Made by a program: the position numbers and the translations under genes | The notes under the pieces: generated by a model | Told to the model about the DNA's origin: nothing | Seen by the model: the letters and a program-made list of their open reading frames with translations, nothing else | The model's database searches: none | Part shown: positions 37,359-45,734 of the stretch, in pieces | Position numbering within the stretch: position 1 is the stretch's first letter | Layout of the letters: every line of letters begins with the position of its first letter | Sequence record: MN101221.1 | Source: Klebsiella phage KMI7 | DNA length: 64,000 nt | Reading direction: 5' to 3' (one strand)

Positions 37359-37742
37359 TTATGCCTTTGGTTTCACACCGTAGGCCAACATACCGAAACG
37401 ATGATCATTATCTGCATCTTTAAACAGAACTTCGTTACCATCAATGCAGATGACCTTTGCTTCCGGATCGATGTATGGTAACAACCATAAAGGGATCAGG
37501 CGTAGGCCGCTATGTTCATCCCAGCGACTGAAATTGAGTTCTTCCAGTTCATCAAGGGAAAGATCATTAGGATCGATATAACGGAACCATTTGGTATTTT
37601 TGAGGCGGTCGGGGAAGTTTACGATTTCTTCATAGCCGAATTCAGCACTCCATGAAGAGTAAACAGTGACTTCGGATGCTTTGGTTAAAACAGCATCACG
37701 AATTGATTTGCAGATATCGATTAAAGTCAGTTGATTTTCCAT
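37359..37742 (-). CDS. hypothetical protein
   Basis: 127-aa ORF. Confidence 0.45.
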   Translation of the reverse strand: MENQLTLIDICKSIRDAVLTKASEVTVYSSWSAEFGYEEIVNFPDRLKNTKWFRYIDPNDLSLDELEELNFSRWDEHSGLRLIPLWLLPYIDPEAKVICIDGNEVLFKDADNDHRFGMLAYGVKPKA

Positions 37743-37752
37743 GATATATTTC

Positions 37753-38160
37753 TCATCTTGCTAAAATTTTAGGCAGTAGTTGCCCCATCGTTTTACGTGC
37801 ATGTGACGGAATCTGTGAGATCGGGACATATTTAAAATCATCCATTTCACGTATAGTCCGTCCGTTCTTAACGAAAGTTGATGCACAATAGCATTCTTCC
37901 GCTACTGGGTAATCTTGCCCTACATAGAGGAATAAAGCAAGGTTTTTTGTTTTCGTGTAATCGAGAACACCCAGACTAACCAATTCCTCCGCGAACACTT
38001 CAAATCCTGTTTCTTCGAAGCATTCGCGGATCGCCGCGTCAATGTGAGTTTCGCCCTTTTCAACATGCCCCTTCGGAATATCCCAATGGGGCGTTTCAGT
38101 GGCATGGCCCATCAACACGGCACCATCTTTAACAAAGATAATACCCGCTGATAGTTCCAT
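37753..38160 (-). CDS. Nudix hydrolase
   Basis: Nudix box GHVEKGETHIDAAIRECFEETG (Gx5Ex7REUxEExGU). Confidence 0.8.
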   Translation of the reverse strand: MELSAGIIFVKDGAVLMGHATETPHWDIPKGHVEKGETHIDAAIRECFEETGFEVFAEELVSLGVLDYTKTKNLALFLYVGQDYPVAEECYCASTFVKNGRTIREMDDFKYVPISQIPSHARKTMGQLLPKILAR

Positions 38161-38406
38161 TTATTCACCTTCAAAAGCGTTATCAAATGCTTCAAGTGCT
38201 TTGTTAGCGCGAGCACTGGCTTTTGTCACACCAGCAGAAAGGTTTTCGAAGAAAGTATGTTTCCACACTTCGCGGCGACTGGATTCATGTTCCAGAAGGT
38301 TTTTGTGATTACCGCGAATCTGTTCTTCCATGTTGTAACGGTACAGATCGAGTTCTGTGTTTAATTCCTGTTCTAATGCCTGTGCAAATACTTGATCAAT
38401 ATTCAT
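38161..38406 (-). CDS. hypothetical protein
   Basis: 81-aa ORF abutting the Nudix gene. Confidence 0.4.
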   Translation of the reverse strand: MNIDQVFAQALEQELNTELDLYRYNMEEQIRGNHKNLLEHESSRREVWKHTFFENLSAGVTKASARANKALEAFDNAFEGE

Positions 38407-38654
38407 TTTGTATAGCCTATTTCAGATTTAAGGTTTTCGAGGGTAGAATGATAAACAACATTCCCTTCGTGTCGAGTATACCATACTTTTCCGTTCTGGT
38501 TACACTCATTCATTACATTTTCATCTAAACCAGGGTTCGGCTTCATGCTGGGAGAAAACGCGATAGACATCATTTGTTCTGCACTATCAGCAAACCCACA
38601 AGGGAAAACAGATCCAGTTGGTTTATCAAGATACATCAACTCTACTTTAGCCAT
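38403..38654 (-). CDS. hypothetical protein
   Basis: ORF track start is 38774; probable start MAKVEL at 38654. Confidence 0.4.
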   Translation of the reverse strand: MAKVELMYLDKPTGSVFPCGFADSAEQMMSIAFSPSMKPNPGLDENVMNECNQNGKVWYTRHEGNVVYHSTLENLKSEIGYTK

Positions 38655-38940
38655 AGATTTCTTCGAAATCCTCACAATCAGGCAAATACGTTTCACAGAA
38701 GGTGCAAAGCGTAAAGAATGCAGGTTGACGAATACCAGGATTATCCGGTAGATACATCCAGAAGGTGTTAGCAAACACGATGAATGTTTTCAGGTTTTCG
38801 GTGGTGATTTCGCTAACACCATCATACCCGGATTGATTGATCGCGCGTTGCAGTGGCACCTCATACTGTTCGCAATAGTCGGCATAATGATCGCTTGTTA
38901 CAAGGCCATTAGCCATTTTAATCAAATCGACGATTTTCAT
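38647..38940 (-). CDS. hypothetical Cys-rich protein
   Basis: 97-aa ORF. Confidence 0.4.
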   Translation of the reverse strand: MKIVDLIKMANGLVTSDHYADYCEQYEVPLQRAINQSGYDGVSEITTENLKTFIVFANTFWMYLPDNPGIRQPAFFTLCTFCETYLPDCEDFEEIYG

Positions 38941-39272
38941 GATTTTACATATTCCACTTTAACAGGTTTTGCAACAAATTTATCTTTGGTGCGCCCATGA
39001 CCATTACACAGGTCACATTCTTTGTTGAAATCTTTCATATCTTCAACCCATCCAGAATCTGGCAACCCAGACGGATATGCGTTATAACGAATGGTTTCAT
39101 AACCTTTTCCGTTGCACTTCGGGCAAACATGAGGACGTTCTTTTTTAGCAGACTCTGCCAGTTCGCGAAGGGTGGTAGAACTACCATAAGCCCGACACAT
39201 GTTTTCAAAGTCTTTTAAAGTCATTCTATAAACATCAATGACGTTATATTTTTTGCCGGATGGTTTAGCCAT
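38937..39272 (-). CDS. protein with two DnaJ CR-type zinc-finger repeats
   Basis: CPKCNGKG and CDLCNGHG. Probable start MAKPSGKK at 39272 with TIR GAGAAATATATTATG (ORF track start is 39392). Confidence 0.45.
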   Translation of the reverse strand: MAKPSGKKYNVIDVYRMTLKDFENMCRAYGSSTTLRELAESAKKERPHVCPKCNGKGYETIRYNAYPSGLPDSGWVEDMKDFNKECDLCNGHGRTKDKFVAKPVKVEYVKS

Positions 39273-39681
39273 AATATATTTCTCACTTAAAGAATTTTTT
39301 GATGAAAGAGATAGCAAGGCCGATACCAAAGAAAACCCAATATGCTTTACCATCACCATTTGCCAACACATAAACTGCGTTACCGTATGCAAAGATTTCC
39401 GCGATGTTCATTAAGTTTCTCATGATATCCTCCTTTTTCTATATTAAGTATCTTACCATAATATAAACCAAAGTCAACAACAAAGTTTTATCAACCCACT
39501 TATCACCAGTCATTAGTAATCCCCTACAGGTTGAGACGCCGCAACACTCAGGATCTTGAAAGTGCAATTGTTCCACTCACAATACGTTTTTGCACAGTGA
39601 ACACTTCCTTTCATAACAAACCCGTTTGAGAAAATTAACCAGTAAAGTTTCATGATAGCCTCCTTTGTTTCGACAAGGCCA

Positions 39682-39720
39682 ATATAACAAAGCCCCTGCA
39701 CGAATGCAAGGGCTTTTTTC
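39682..39720. repeat. intergenic hairpin repeat copy C
   Basis: AATATAACAAAGCCCCTGCACGAATGCAAGGGCTTTTTT; identical core to copies A and B. Confidence 0.8.
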
Positions 39721-40258
39721 AGTTTTTCAACATCCAAAGTTGCGGAGGACAATCTTTAGAAGCGATTAGACGATCCAGGCGGGACATAACCCGACGATAA
39801 CCGTCGTATTCAAAATTAATTTTTGGTGGAACGTAGTTTACCTGGATTGTTTTTCTGTTAGCTAAAGAAACATACTCAGGGATCACTGTTCGCAACCGTA
39901 TAGCGATGACTGGCTTCTCTTCGCCTTCGTTAAAGAACATTTGAACAGTGATAGGACAGGCAAAAATTTTACCATTTACCCGACGATAAACAATAACTTC
40001 CTGTGTCCCTTCTGTTTTGGCCTTCACAGCGTAGGTTAGAACATAACACGAATAATGATTTGCTAGACTCATCATGATATCGCGATAAGTTTCAATATCT
40101 TTTTTAATCGATACTGAACGGTCTTTAAAGCGATCTGCAATGTGGTCAGCAGTAGCCGCTACCTTGATTGTATACCAGTCACCTAACGCGCTAGTAAACG
40201 CCTCGCTAACTTCTTTTCGTACACTGTTAACAAGATACATTAAACGTGTTCTGTTCAT
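39719..40258 (-). CDS. hypothetical protein
   Basis: ORF track start is 40336; probable start MNRTRLMYL at 40258, adjacent to the upstream stop. Confidence 0.45.
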   Translation of the reverse strand: MNRTRLMYLVNSVRKEVSEAFTSALGDWYTIKVAATADHIADRFKDRSVSIKKDIETYRDIMMSLANHYSCYVLTYAVKAKTEGTQEVIVYRRVNGKIFACPITVQMFFNEGEEKPVIAIRLRTVIPEYVSLANRKTIQVNYVPPKINFEYDGYRRVMSRLDRLIASKDCPPQLWMLKN

Positions 40259-40265
40259 ATAATCC

Positions 40266-40889
40266 TCACTGATTTTTGAAGTATTCGATCTGACGCAAAC
40301 GCTTTTCAGCGGCGGCTTTCGAATCGTATTCACCAAGTTCTTTTGTGCGATCGTGATTCAAAACAACCCACTTGTCGCCACGCTGTTCAATGTGTTCTGT
40401 AATGTCTTTTAACGACTTATCCAGATCCAGTGATTCAGCCTCTTCGCAGATAATAGTCAAATCCACTGGTAGTGTCAACAACCTTTTCACTCCGGTGATA
40501 TCATCAATCATAGAATCATATGCAAGGGTTACGTGCGGCTTGTAATCCGGGTAATCGTATGTTGCGCCAGCATCAATTGAATCTTTGAAACGGCTATGCA
40601 GGTATTCAGATTCCAGGATCCCTACGATAGTGCTACCGTATTTTGTGTCCCACTTTTCAACATCAACCAGTTTAGCAGGTTCTGTGATGTCCTGTTGCGG
40701 GAACAAATCAACCGTTTTCCGGCTGTATACGATCGTTGTATGCATCTTTTCGGCTGAAACAGCATTCTTTGTGATACCTAATGTCTTTTGAACATTTTTC
40801 AAAGCCTCACATGAAGCCTGATCGAATTTAGCACACATGTAGATACCAGGATCTACAACAGGTTTTGTGATTTCAAGAAATGATTTCAT
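40266..40889 (-). CDS. 2H phosphoesterase-family protein, Acb1/57B-like (candidate cyclic-nucleotide phosphodiesterase)
   Basis: Two HxTx motifs (HTTIV, HVTLA) define the 2H superfamily. It sits where T4 has 57B (upstream of 57A-1-3); T4 57B encodes anti-CBASS Acb1, which is a 2H-fold enzyme. Confidence 0.5.
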   Translation of the reverse strand: MKSFLEITKPVVDPGIYMCAKFDQASCEALKNVQKTLGITKNAVSAEKMHTTIVYSRKTVDLFPQQDITEPAKLVDVEKWDTKYGSTIVGILESEYLHSRFKDSIDAGATYDYPDYKPHVTLAYDSMIDDITGVKRLLTLPVDLTIICEEAESLDLDKSLKDITEHIEQRGDKWVVLNHDRTKELGEYDSKAAAEKRLRQIEYFKNQ

Positions 40890-40902
40890 AAAACACCCCA
40901 AT

Positions 40903-40926
40903 AAAAAAGGGGCCGAAGCCCCTTTG
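40903..40926 (-). terminator. hairpin AAAAAAGGGGCCGAAGCCCCTTTG
   Basis: Member of the GGGGCCGAAGCCCC stem-loop family with flanking A/T runs. Confidence 0.45.
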
Positions 40927-40940
40927 TAATAAATTTGTTT

Positions 40941-41213
40941 TTACGCTTCTTCGCCAAAGGCGGCTTCATCTTCCGCGACTTTTTCGACTTCAACGGAAGG
41001 GATCAGAGCGGATACCGCGCCAATCACTGCTTCTGGGGTTACTGGCTGGCTTGCGTCAATACCCAGTACCGAACACAGGTCGGACAGAAGTTGACGATGA
41101 ACAGAGAGTTCACTTTCTTTTTGCGCGATCACTTCGTTCAGATCGAATGCGCGGCCTTTCAGTACCAGTACTTCATTTTGCAGTTTTTGAATATCAGACA
41201 TTTTATTACCCAT
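40941..41213 (-). CDS. coiled-coil protein in the 57A position (possible tail-fibre assembly chaperone gp57A-like)
   Basis: 90 aa, predicted all-helical coiled coil; synteny 57B-57A-1-3 as in T4. Confidence 0.4.
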   Translation of the reverse strand: MGNKMSDIQKLQNEVLVLKGRAFDLNEVIAQKESELSVHRQLLSDLCSVLGIDASQPVTPEAVIGAVSALIPSVEVEKVAEDEAAFGEEA

Positions 41214-41215
41214 TG

Positions 41216-41911
41216 TTAAAATTTAAAAGTATCGAGCACTTTGCTCTTTAGTTGTTTCAAAGTACCTTCGTTAGTGATGATACTATCTCCCGGTTGAGGT
41301 GTCAAACCTTTTTCCGTGGAATGTTCATCAACAATTCCGGTATCCTTTACAATAAACACAAACTTAGCACCCAAGCGTTTCAGGTATTTATATTCGTGTT
41401 CCTGACGACAGTCAGTTACCAGAAGATGATTGTATTCATCACCAGCATATTTATTGACGAATCTTTCCAGTGTGTAACGAACCCAAACCGTGTTATCATA
41501 CTTGCATACGATATCAGTTCCAAACACTTGCATCAAGCGTCTGATACTCCAGGGGGTATCGTTACGCATAATCAGGTTATGAATATCATCCGGACTGTAA
41601 ACAATATTGTATCCGCGTTCTTTGAGGATTTCAAGCCCGATTCTGAAAATATTTAGGACATCTTCATTAGAAATCACAAGAGGTTTCTCTCGATCGCCTT
41701 CATAAAAAATAGCATCCGGATCAGAATATTTTCCTTCAACCAGATTGCGAATGTATGGTTTATCGTAACCATATCGCTGCATTGCTACTCTTAGCGTTCT
41801 TTTGATACCAAATGCCAGTGCTTCACACTGAACATCATTGTACGCCTCTTGAATAAATTTAGCAACCGTATCTTTACCAGTTCGCTTTTTTCCACTAATC
41901 ACATAAATCAT
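41216..41911 (-). CDS. 1: deoxynucleoside monophosphate kinase gp1
   Basis: 231 aa (T4 gp1 is 241 aa). P-loop GKKRTGKDT; WSIRRLMQVFGTD matches T4 WSVRRLMQALGTD; VTDCRQEHE matches VPDTRQDHE. Confidence 0.85.
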   Translation of the reverse strand: MIYVISGKKRTGKDTVAKFIQEAYNDVQCEALAFGIKRTLRVAMQRYGYDKPYIRNLVEGKYSDPDAIFYEGDREKPLVISNEDVLNIFRIGLEILKERGYNIVYSPDDIHNLIMRNDTPWSIRRLMQVFGTDIVCKYDNTVWVRYTLERFVNKYAGDEYNHLLVTDCRQEHEYKYLKRLGAKFVFIVKDTGIVDEHSTEKGLTPQPGDSIITNEGTLKQLKSKVLDTFKF

Positions 41912-42441
41912 TAGCTCATTCTCTTTTGAGAAGTGACTACTTTTCCGTCAATTTCAACTTCCATATGAAGGAAGCCAAAAGTTGCCATACACGTAACCGC
42001 TTCATCACTATCGTTAGTATAACCCAATTCAACCTCACCCAAGTTTGTTGGGAAGGCACCATAAAATCTAAATGTGGCGATCGTTTTCATCTGGGAGTTA
42101 TCCAGGATATGCACAGCGAATGATTGCTTAGGATCATCCCACGCAACAGAGTTAAACTCGTTATAATCGTTTGTGCTCAACATCCATATGTAAATCCCAA
42201 GATACGATCTCATTTCCTCATCGACTACAAAGCGGATCATCAAAGGATCAAACTCAAAAGCCGAACCAGGTACTTTACCTCGAACCATCATATTTGCAGG
42301 AATATCAACTGCTGGGAGGTTCATTGATGGTAGTGTAACCCCTTGAACTTGTAAAGTCAAACCTTTCATGTAACTGTTATCAGGAATATCAACCCGAAAG
42401 TTTGTAGGTGAGATTTGGTTTAAAATCATTTCTGTAGACAT
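41911..42441 (-). CDS. 3: tail sheath stabiliser/completion protein gp3
   Basis: 176 aa (T4 gp3 is 176 aa); synteny after gene 1; similar-looking LPS..GKVPG..HILDN segments. Confidence 0.75.
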   Translation of the reverse strand: MSTEMILNQISPTNFRVDIPDNSYMKGLTLQVQGVTLPSMNLPAVDIPANMMVRGKVPGSAFEFDPLMIRFVVDEEMRSYLGIYIWMLSTNDYNEFNSVAWDDPKQSFAVHILDNSQMKTIATFRFYGAFPTNLGEVELGYTNDSDEAVTCMATFGFLHMEVEIDGKVVTSQKRMS

Positions 42442-42520
42442 AGGATCTCCTTTCCTCTATTTAGCGGGGAACGGGATCAAAGCGGCCTGACGGGGTAATA
42501 TAAAAATTTGAAGAAAATGC

Positions 42521-42549
42521 TTGACCTTTTAAAATCTTTGATCTATAAT
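42521..42549 (+). promoter_or_regulatory. consensus sigma70 promoter TTGACC-N17-TATAAT
   Basis: TTGACC at 42521-42526, 17-nt spacer ending TTGATC, TATAAT at 42544-42549. Lies in the GATC-rich AT island. Confidence 0.55.
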
Positions 42550-42636
42550 AATTTTTAATTAAAATTTTATCAAAAAGATCTAACAAGATCAAGTAAAATT
42601 TAATAAATAATTTATCAAAAATTTTTAGATCTGATC

Positions 42637-42665
42637 TTGAATTCATAAATTTTATGATCTATAAT
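42637..42665 (+). promoter_or_regulatory. sigma70-like promoter TTGAAT-N17-TATAAT
   Basis: Spacer ends ATGATC as in the 16558 promoter; TATAAT at 42660-42665. Confidence 0.5.
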
Positions 42666-42810
42666 ATATTAATATTTTATTTTATCATAAATTTTTATGA
42701 AGATCAATACTTAGATCTAATAAATTTTATGCTTTTTCTGAAAACTTTTCCTTTACCCCGTCACTAAATACTGGTACTATGTTCCCATATTGGAAATCAG
42801 GAAAAACAAA

Positions 42811-43755
42811 ATGACTCACTTGAAAAAATTCAAAGAATTTCTGACCGAAGGTAAAACCCTCGCTCGTACCGTAGCACGTGGTCAACGCGCTAAAACTTCC
42901 GATAAACATTCAATCGGTTTTCTTCACTTCAAACATGGTTCTGATTTCGAAGTTTTAGCACCGGATTCTCACGATCTGGCATACTTCGGTAAAAACATTG
43001 TACGTTTGAAAGGTATGACTACTGGTAAAGTTCAAGCGGCTTATGTCGATTGGGCTAAAGGTACTGTTTCTTTCTACAGTGGTAATCCGGATAATGATAT
43101 GGATTTCGATAAACCAGAAAAATTCAAAGCTGCTACTCTGTATGAAGAGGCGGAAGAAAATCTGGATCTGTATAACCAGTTAGCAGAAGATTTCGAAATC
43201 GAGATCCCTATGGATGAAGCTCTGGTGAAAGGTAAAGTTTACAAACTCCCAAGCAACGATATGCGTCTTCTGTACACTGGGCGTTCTAAAACTAAAGCAA
43301 GCGGTGAATATGCAGTGTTTACCGTAGTCGATGCTTCCGGTAAACCTCGCCTGGTATCTGGTAAAAAATTCACCCAGGAATATAAAGGCGATATGGTTTC
43401 TAAACTGGTTCTGGCTGAATCGGAGGAAATCAATGAAGCTGTTGTGGGGAAGTCCTCACCTAATGTTAAAAAATTGGTTGCTGCACTAAAGAAAAAGTTT
43501 GATGTTTACGTGGAAGTAGAAAAAAAGAAATTTTACAACGAAAAGACTGAATCATTCGAATATGAAACCGTCGTTAGTGTTGAATACTACGAAAAAGGCG
43601 AAGATTCAGAACCGATCGGCGTATTCCGTACATCAGACGACCAGAAATTTACATTTGGTCATATCTACAGTAAAGCGGGTTCTGATCATGGTAAAGCGTT
43701 TGATGTAGCACATATTGTTTCCGGAATTAAAACCGGACATTACGATCCTAAGTAA
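42811..43755 (+). CDS. hypothetical lysine-rich protein (inserted between genes 3 and 2 on the opposite strand)
   Basis: 314 aa from ATG 42811 with SD AGGAAAAACAAAATG (ORF track uses TTG at 42790). A terminator follows it. Confidence 0.55.
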   Translation: MTHLKKFKEFLTEGKTLARTVARGQRAKTSDKHSIGFLHFKHGSDFEVLAPDSHDLAYFGKNIVRLKGMTTGKVQAAYVDWAKGTVSFYSGNPDNDMDFDKPEKFKAATLYEEAEENLDLYNQLAEDFEIEIPMDEALVKGKVYKLPSNDMRLLYTGRSKTKASGEYAVFTVVDASGKPRLVSGKKFTQEYKGDMVSKLVLAESEEINEAVVGKSSPNVKKLVAALKKKFDVYVEVEKKKFYNEKTESFEYETVVSVEYYEKGEDSEPIGVFRTSDDQKFTFGHIYSKAGSDHGKAFDVAHIVSGIKTGHYDPK

Positions 43756-43759
43756 AAAT

Positions 43760-43789
43760 AAAGCCCCTTCCTTTCGGTTGGGGCTTTTT
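43760..43789 (+). terminator. rho-independent terminator AAAGCCCC-loop-GGGGCTTTTTG
   Basis: GC stem followed by T5, 5 nt after the stop at 43755. Confidence 0.55.
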
Positions 43790-43791
43790 GA

Positions 43792-44646
43792 TTAGTATTT
43801 GCTCCAGACTTTTTTCGCGCCGTAAGGTTTCCCTTTGGACATAAATTGCTGAGTCGGTAGCCAAACAGCTTTCGCCCAATCTTTAGGGGCAATCTCTGCT
43901 AATGGTGATTTGAGGTGTGATGGTAGATATGCTTTGATCATTTCTGTTGCGCCTCGCATACCTTTCACGTTACCCCAGTTAATTTTAAGCACGGTCTTGT
44001 TAGAGAGGCGTTTAGTGGATCCGTACCCTCGCTTCAATAACTCTTCTAAAAACTCCTGTCGTGCTCTGGGTGGCGCATAGTGCAAGTTCAAACCATAGAA
44101 CACCAAGTTACCCGCTTTCGATCTTCCGGATCCTAAGAAAATGATCAGTGGAAATCTATCCCAGTACGGCAGGGTGTCTTTATATTTTGCATCATATGCA
44201 AACGTGTACAGGCGACCCGTTGCTGGTTTTGCCACACGGTGTGTTTTGATACTGGTTTTGATGAAATTACCAAACCATTCTGTTGAATCTTTCTGTCGCT
44301 TTGCCGCTGATACACCAACAGTGATCTTTTTCAGACTATTACGGAAATCGTTGATGATCTCGATCCCGTGTTTTTTACGGTAGTCATTACGTTTTTTACG
44401 GGCTTCTGTTTCTGCTGTACGTCGTTCAATCTCATCATCAATCTGTTTTTTGTAACGATGCATTGACTTTGTGAACGTTGCGTAGTTTAATCCCTCAGAA
44501 TCGGCAAAACGTTTAGCAGAAACACCTTTCGTTTTTGCCTTACGGAATTTGATCCCAAGTTCAACCCAATCACTCAATTTGCGTTTGGGTGGTGCTTTGG
44601 GTTTATCCTCTTCCGCGATGATCTCAAACTCAAAAATAAAACTCAT
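43792..44646 (-). CDS. 2: DNA end-protector protein gp2 (by synteny and composition)
   Basis: 284 aa, basic (T4 gp2 is 274 aa); located between 3 and 4 as in T4. Confidence 0.5.
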   Translation of the reverse strand: MSFIFEFEIIAEEDKPKAPPKRKLSDWVELGIKFRKAKTKGVSAKRFADSEGLNYATFTKSMHRYKKQIDDEIERRTAETEARKKRNDYRKKHGIEIINDFRNSLKKITVGVSAAKRQKDSTEWFGNFIKTSIKTHRVAKPATGRLYTFAYDAKYKDTLPYWDRFPLIIFLGSGRSKAGNLVFYGLNLHYAPPRARQEFLEELLKRGYGSTKRLSNKTVLKINWGNVKGMRGATEMIKAYLPSHLKSPLAEIAPKDWAKAVWLPTQQFMSKGKPYGAKKVWSKY

Positions 44647-44661
44647 GTTTCCCTCCAGGGA

Positions 44662-45129
44662 TTACTGACCTCGCCACCCAAAAACTTTTTTGAGTGATTC
44701 TTCTGTTACTATTTTGAACTGCCAGCCTTTTTGACGGCATAGCTCATTTGCGGCTTTCCACTTATCAATATTAACTGTATAGGTGTAAAGAGCATCAATA
44801 AATTTCTTTTTATTGTGTACGTTGTTGTTTACTGGCTTCGGTGGAGGCATGGTTTCTTTAAGGGGCTTAACCTCCCAAAGATATGTAGTACCATTTTCCA
44901 TTTCCACATAGAAATCCATGTAATAGCGCCTTCTCTTACCGTCTGCGTTGCAGAAATACGGGATCACTATACATTCAGAATTCCAACGTTTTACGTGTGG
45001 GTTTTTATCCAGCCACTTCATAACGTAGCGCTCCCACGATGACCTATACGTAATCTTTCGCGGATCGCCTTTATACTTCTGTATGTTTTCGGGTACAAAC
45101 GACCCTTTATACGTCTGTCTTCCAGCCAT
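44662..45129 (-). CDS. 4: head completion protein gp4
   Basis: 155 aa (T4 gp4 is 150 aa). PD-(D/E)xK-like D-F...E-V-K segment (YYMDFYVEM...YLWEVKP); synteny. Confidence 0.55.
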   Translation of the reverse strand: MAGRQTYKGSFVPENIQKYKGDPRKITYRSSWERYVMKWLDKNPHVKRWNSECIVIPYFCNADGKRRRYYMDFYVEMENGTTYLWEVKPLKETMPPPKPVNNNVHNKKKFIDALYTYTVNIDKWKAANELCRQKGWQFKIVTEESLKKVFGWRGQ

Positions 45130-45179
45130 TGCGTAAATCCTAAATAGAATAATATAACGTTTAGATAGGGGAACTTACC

Positions 45180-45734
45180 GTGCTATTTTCATACTTCCCG
45201 CCTGTTGATTACAAAGGCACCCAGACAACTGATATTTTCCGAGACTATCGATTTTATTTTAATCGTGTGATTGGAAAATATAAAACCCGTAGTTACCAGA
45301 TAACAGGCACACTACGACCTGAACAACTTGCAGAATCATTATATGGAAACCAGCAATACTACTGGATCCTGTTGATGCTTAACTCTGTTTATGACCCTTT
45401 CTATGGTTGGATCAGCGATCAGGAAGCCGCGTATCAGTGCGCTATACAGCGTTATTCTGAGGTTGGCGGTGAACAGGTTCTGTATCATGTAGATGAAAAC
45501 AACAACAAGTATTATAACCTTGTCGAAGACCCCAATAACCCTGGTCATTGGTATGACAAAGGCGACAAACCAATGCTGTATTTACAGTATCAAGGTGTAT
45601 TAGCTCCTGTAGATATTTATGAAGATGCAGTGTTGCAAAATGAAGCAAAACGAACAATAAAAATCATTAGTCCGTCTGACATCCAGGCGTTTCTGAATGA
45701 TTTTATTAAAGAAATGGAAAAGGCTAACTCATGA
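45180..45734 (+). CDS. 53: baseplate wedge protein gp53
   Basis: 184 aa (T4 gp53 is 196 aa). YYWILLMLNSVYDPFYGWISDQEAAYQ matches T4 LYWVLLMCNDNYDPYYGWITSQEAAYQ. Confidence 0.85.
   Translation: MLFSYFPPVDYKGTQTTDIFRDYRFYFNRVIGKYKTRSYQITGTLRPEQLAESLYGNQQYYWILLMLNSVYDPFYGWISDQEAAYQCAIQRYSEVGGEQVLYHVDENNNKYYNLVEDPNNPGHWYDKGDKPMLYLQYQGVLAPVDIYEDAVLQNEAKRTIKIISPSDIQAFLNDFIKEMEKANS

Noticed and set aside
35034-39752. N-terminal peptide segments such as QGLCYITHIETKQ, KALAFVQGLCYIGLVETKE and GFCYIAFIETKQ at the start of ORFs 35034-35291, 39513-39752 and 33210-33617
   Set aside because: These are read-through translations of the conserved GC hairpin repeat (AAGCCCTTGCATTCGTGCAGGGGCTT), not a protein motif. 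True starts are downstream ATGs preceded by the CGAAACGAAAC leader.
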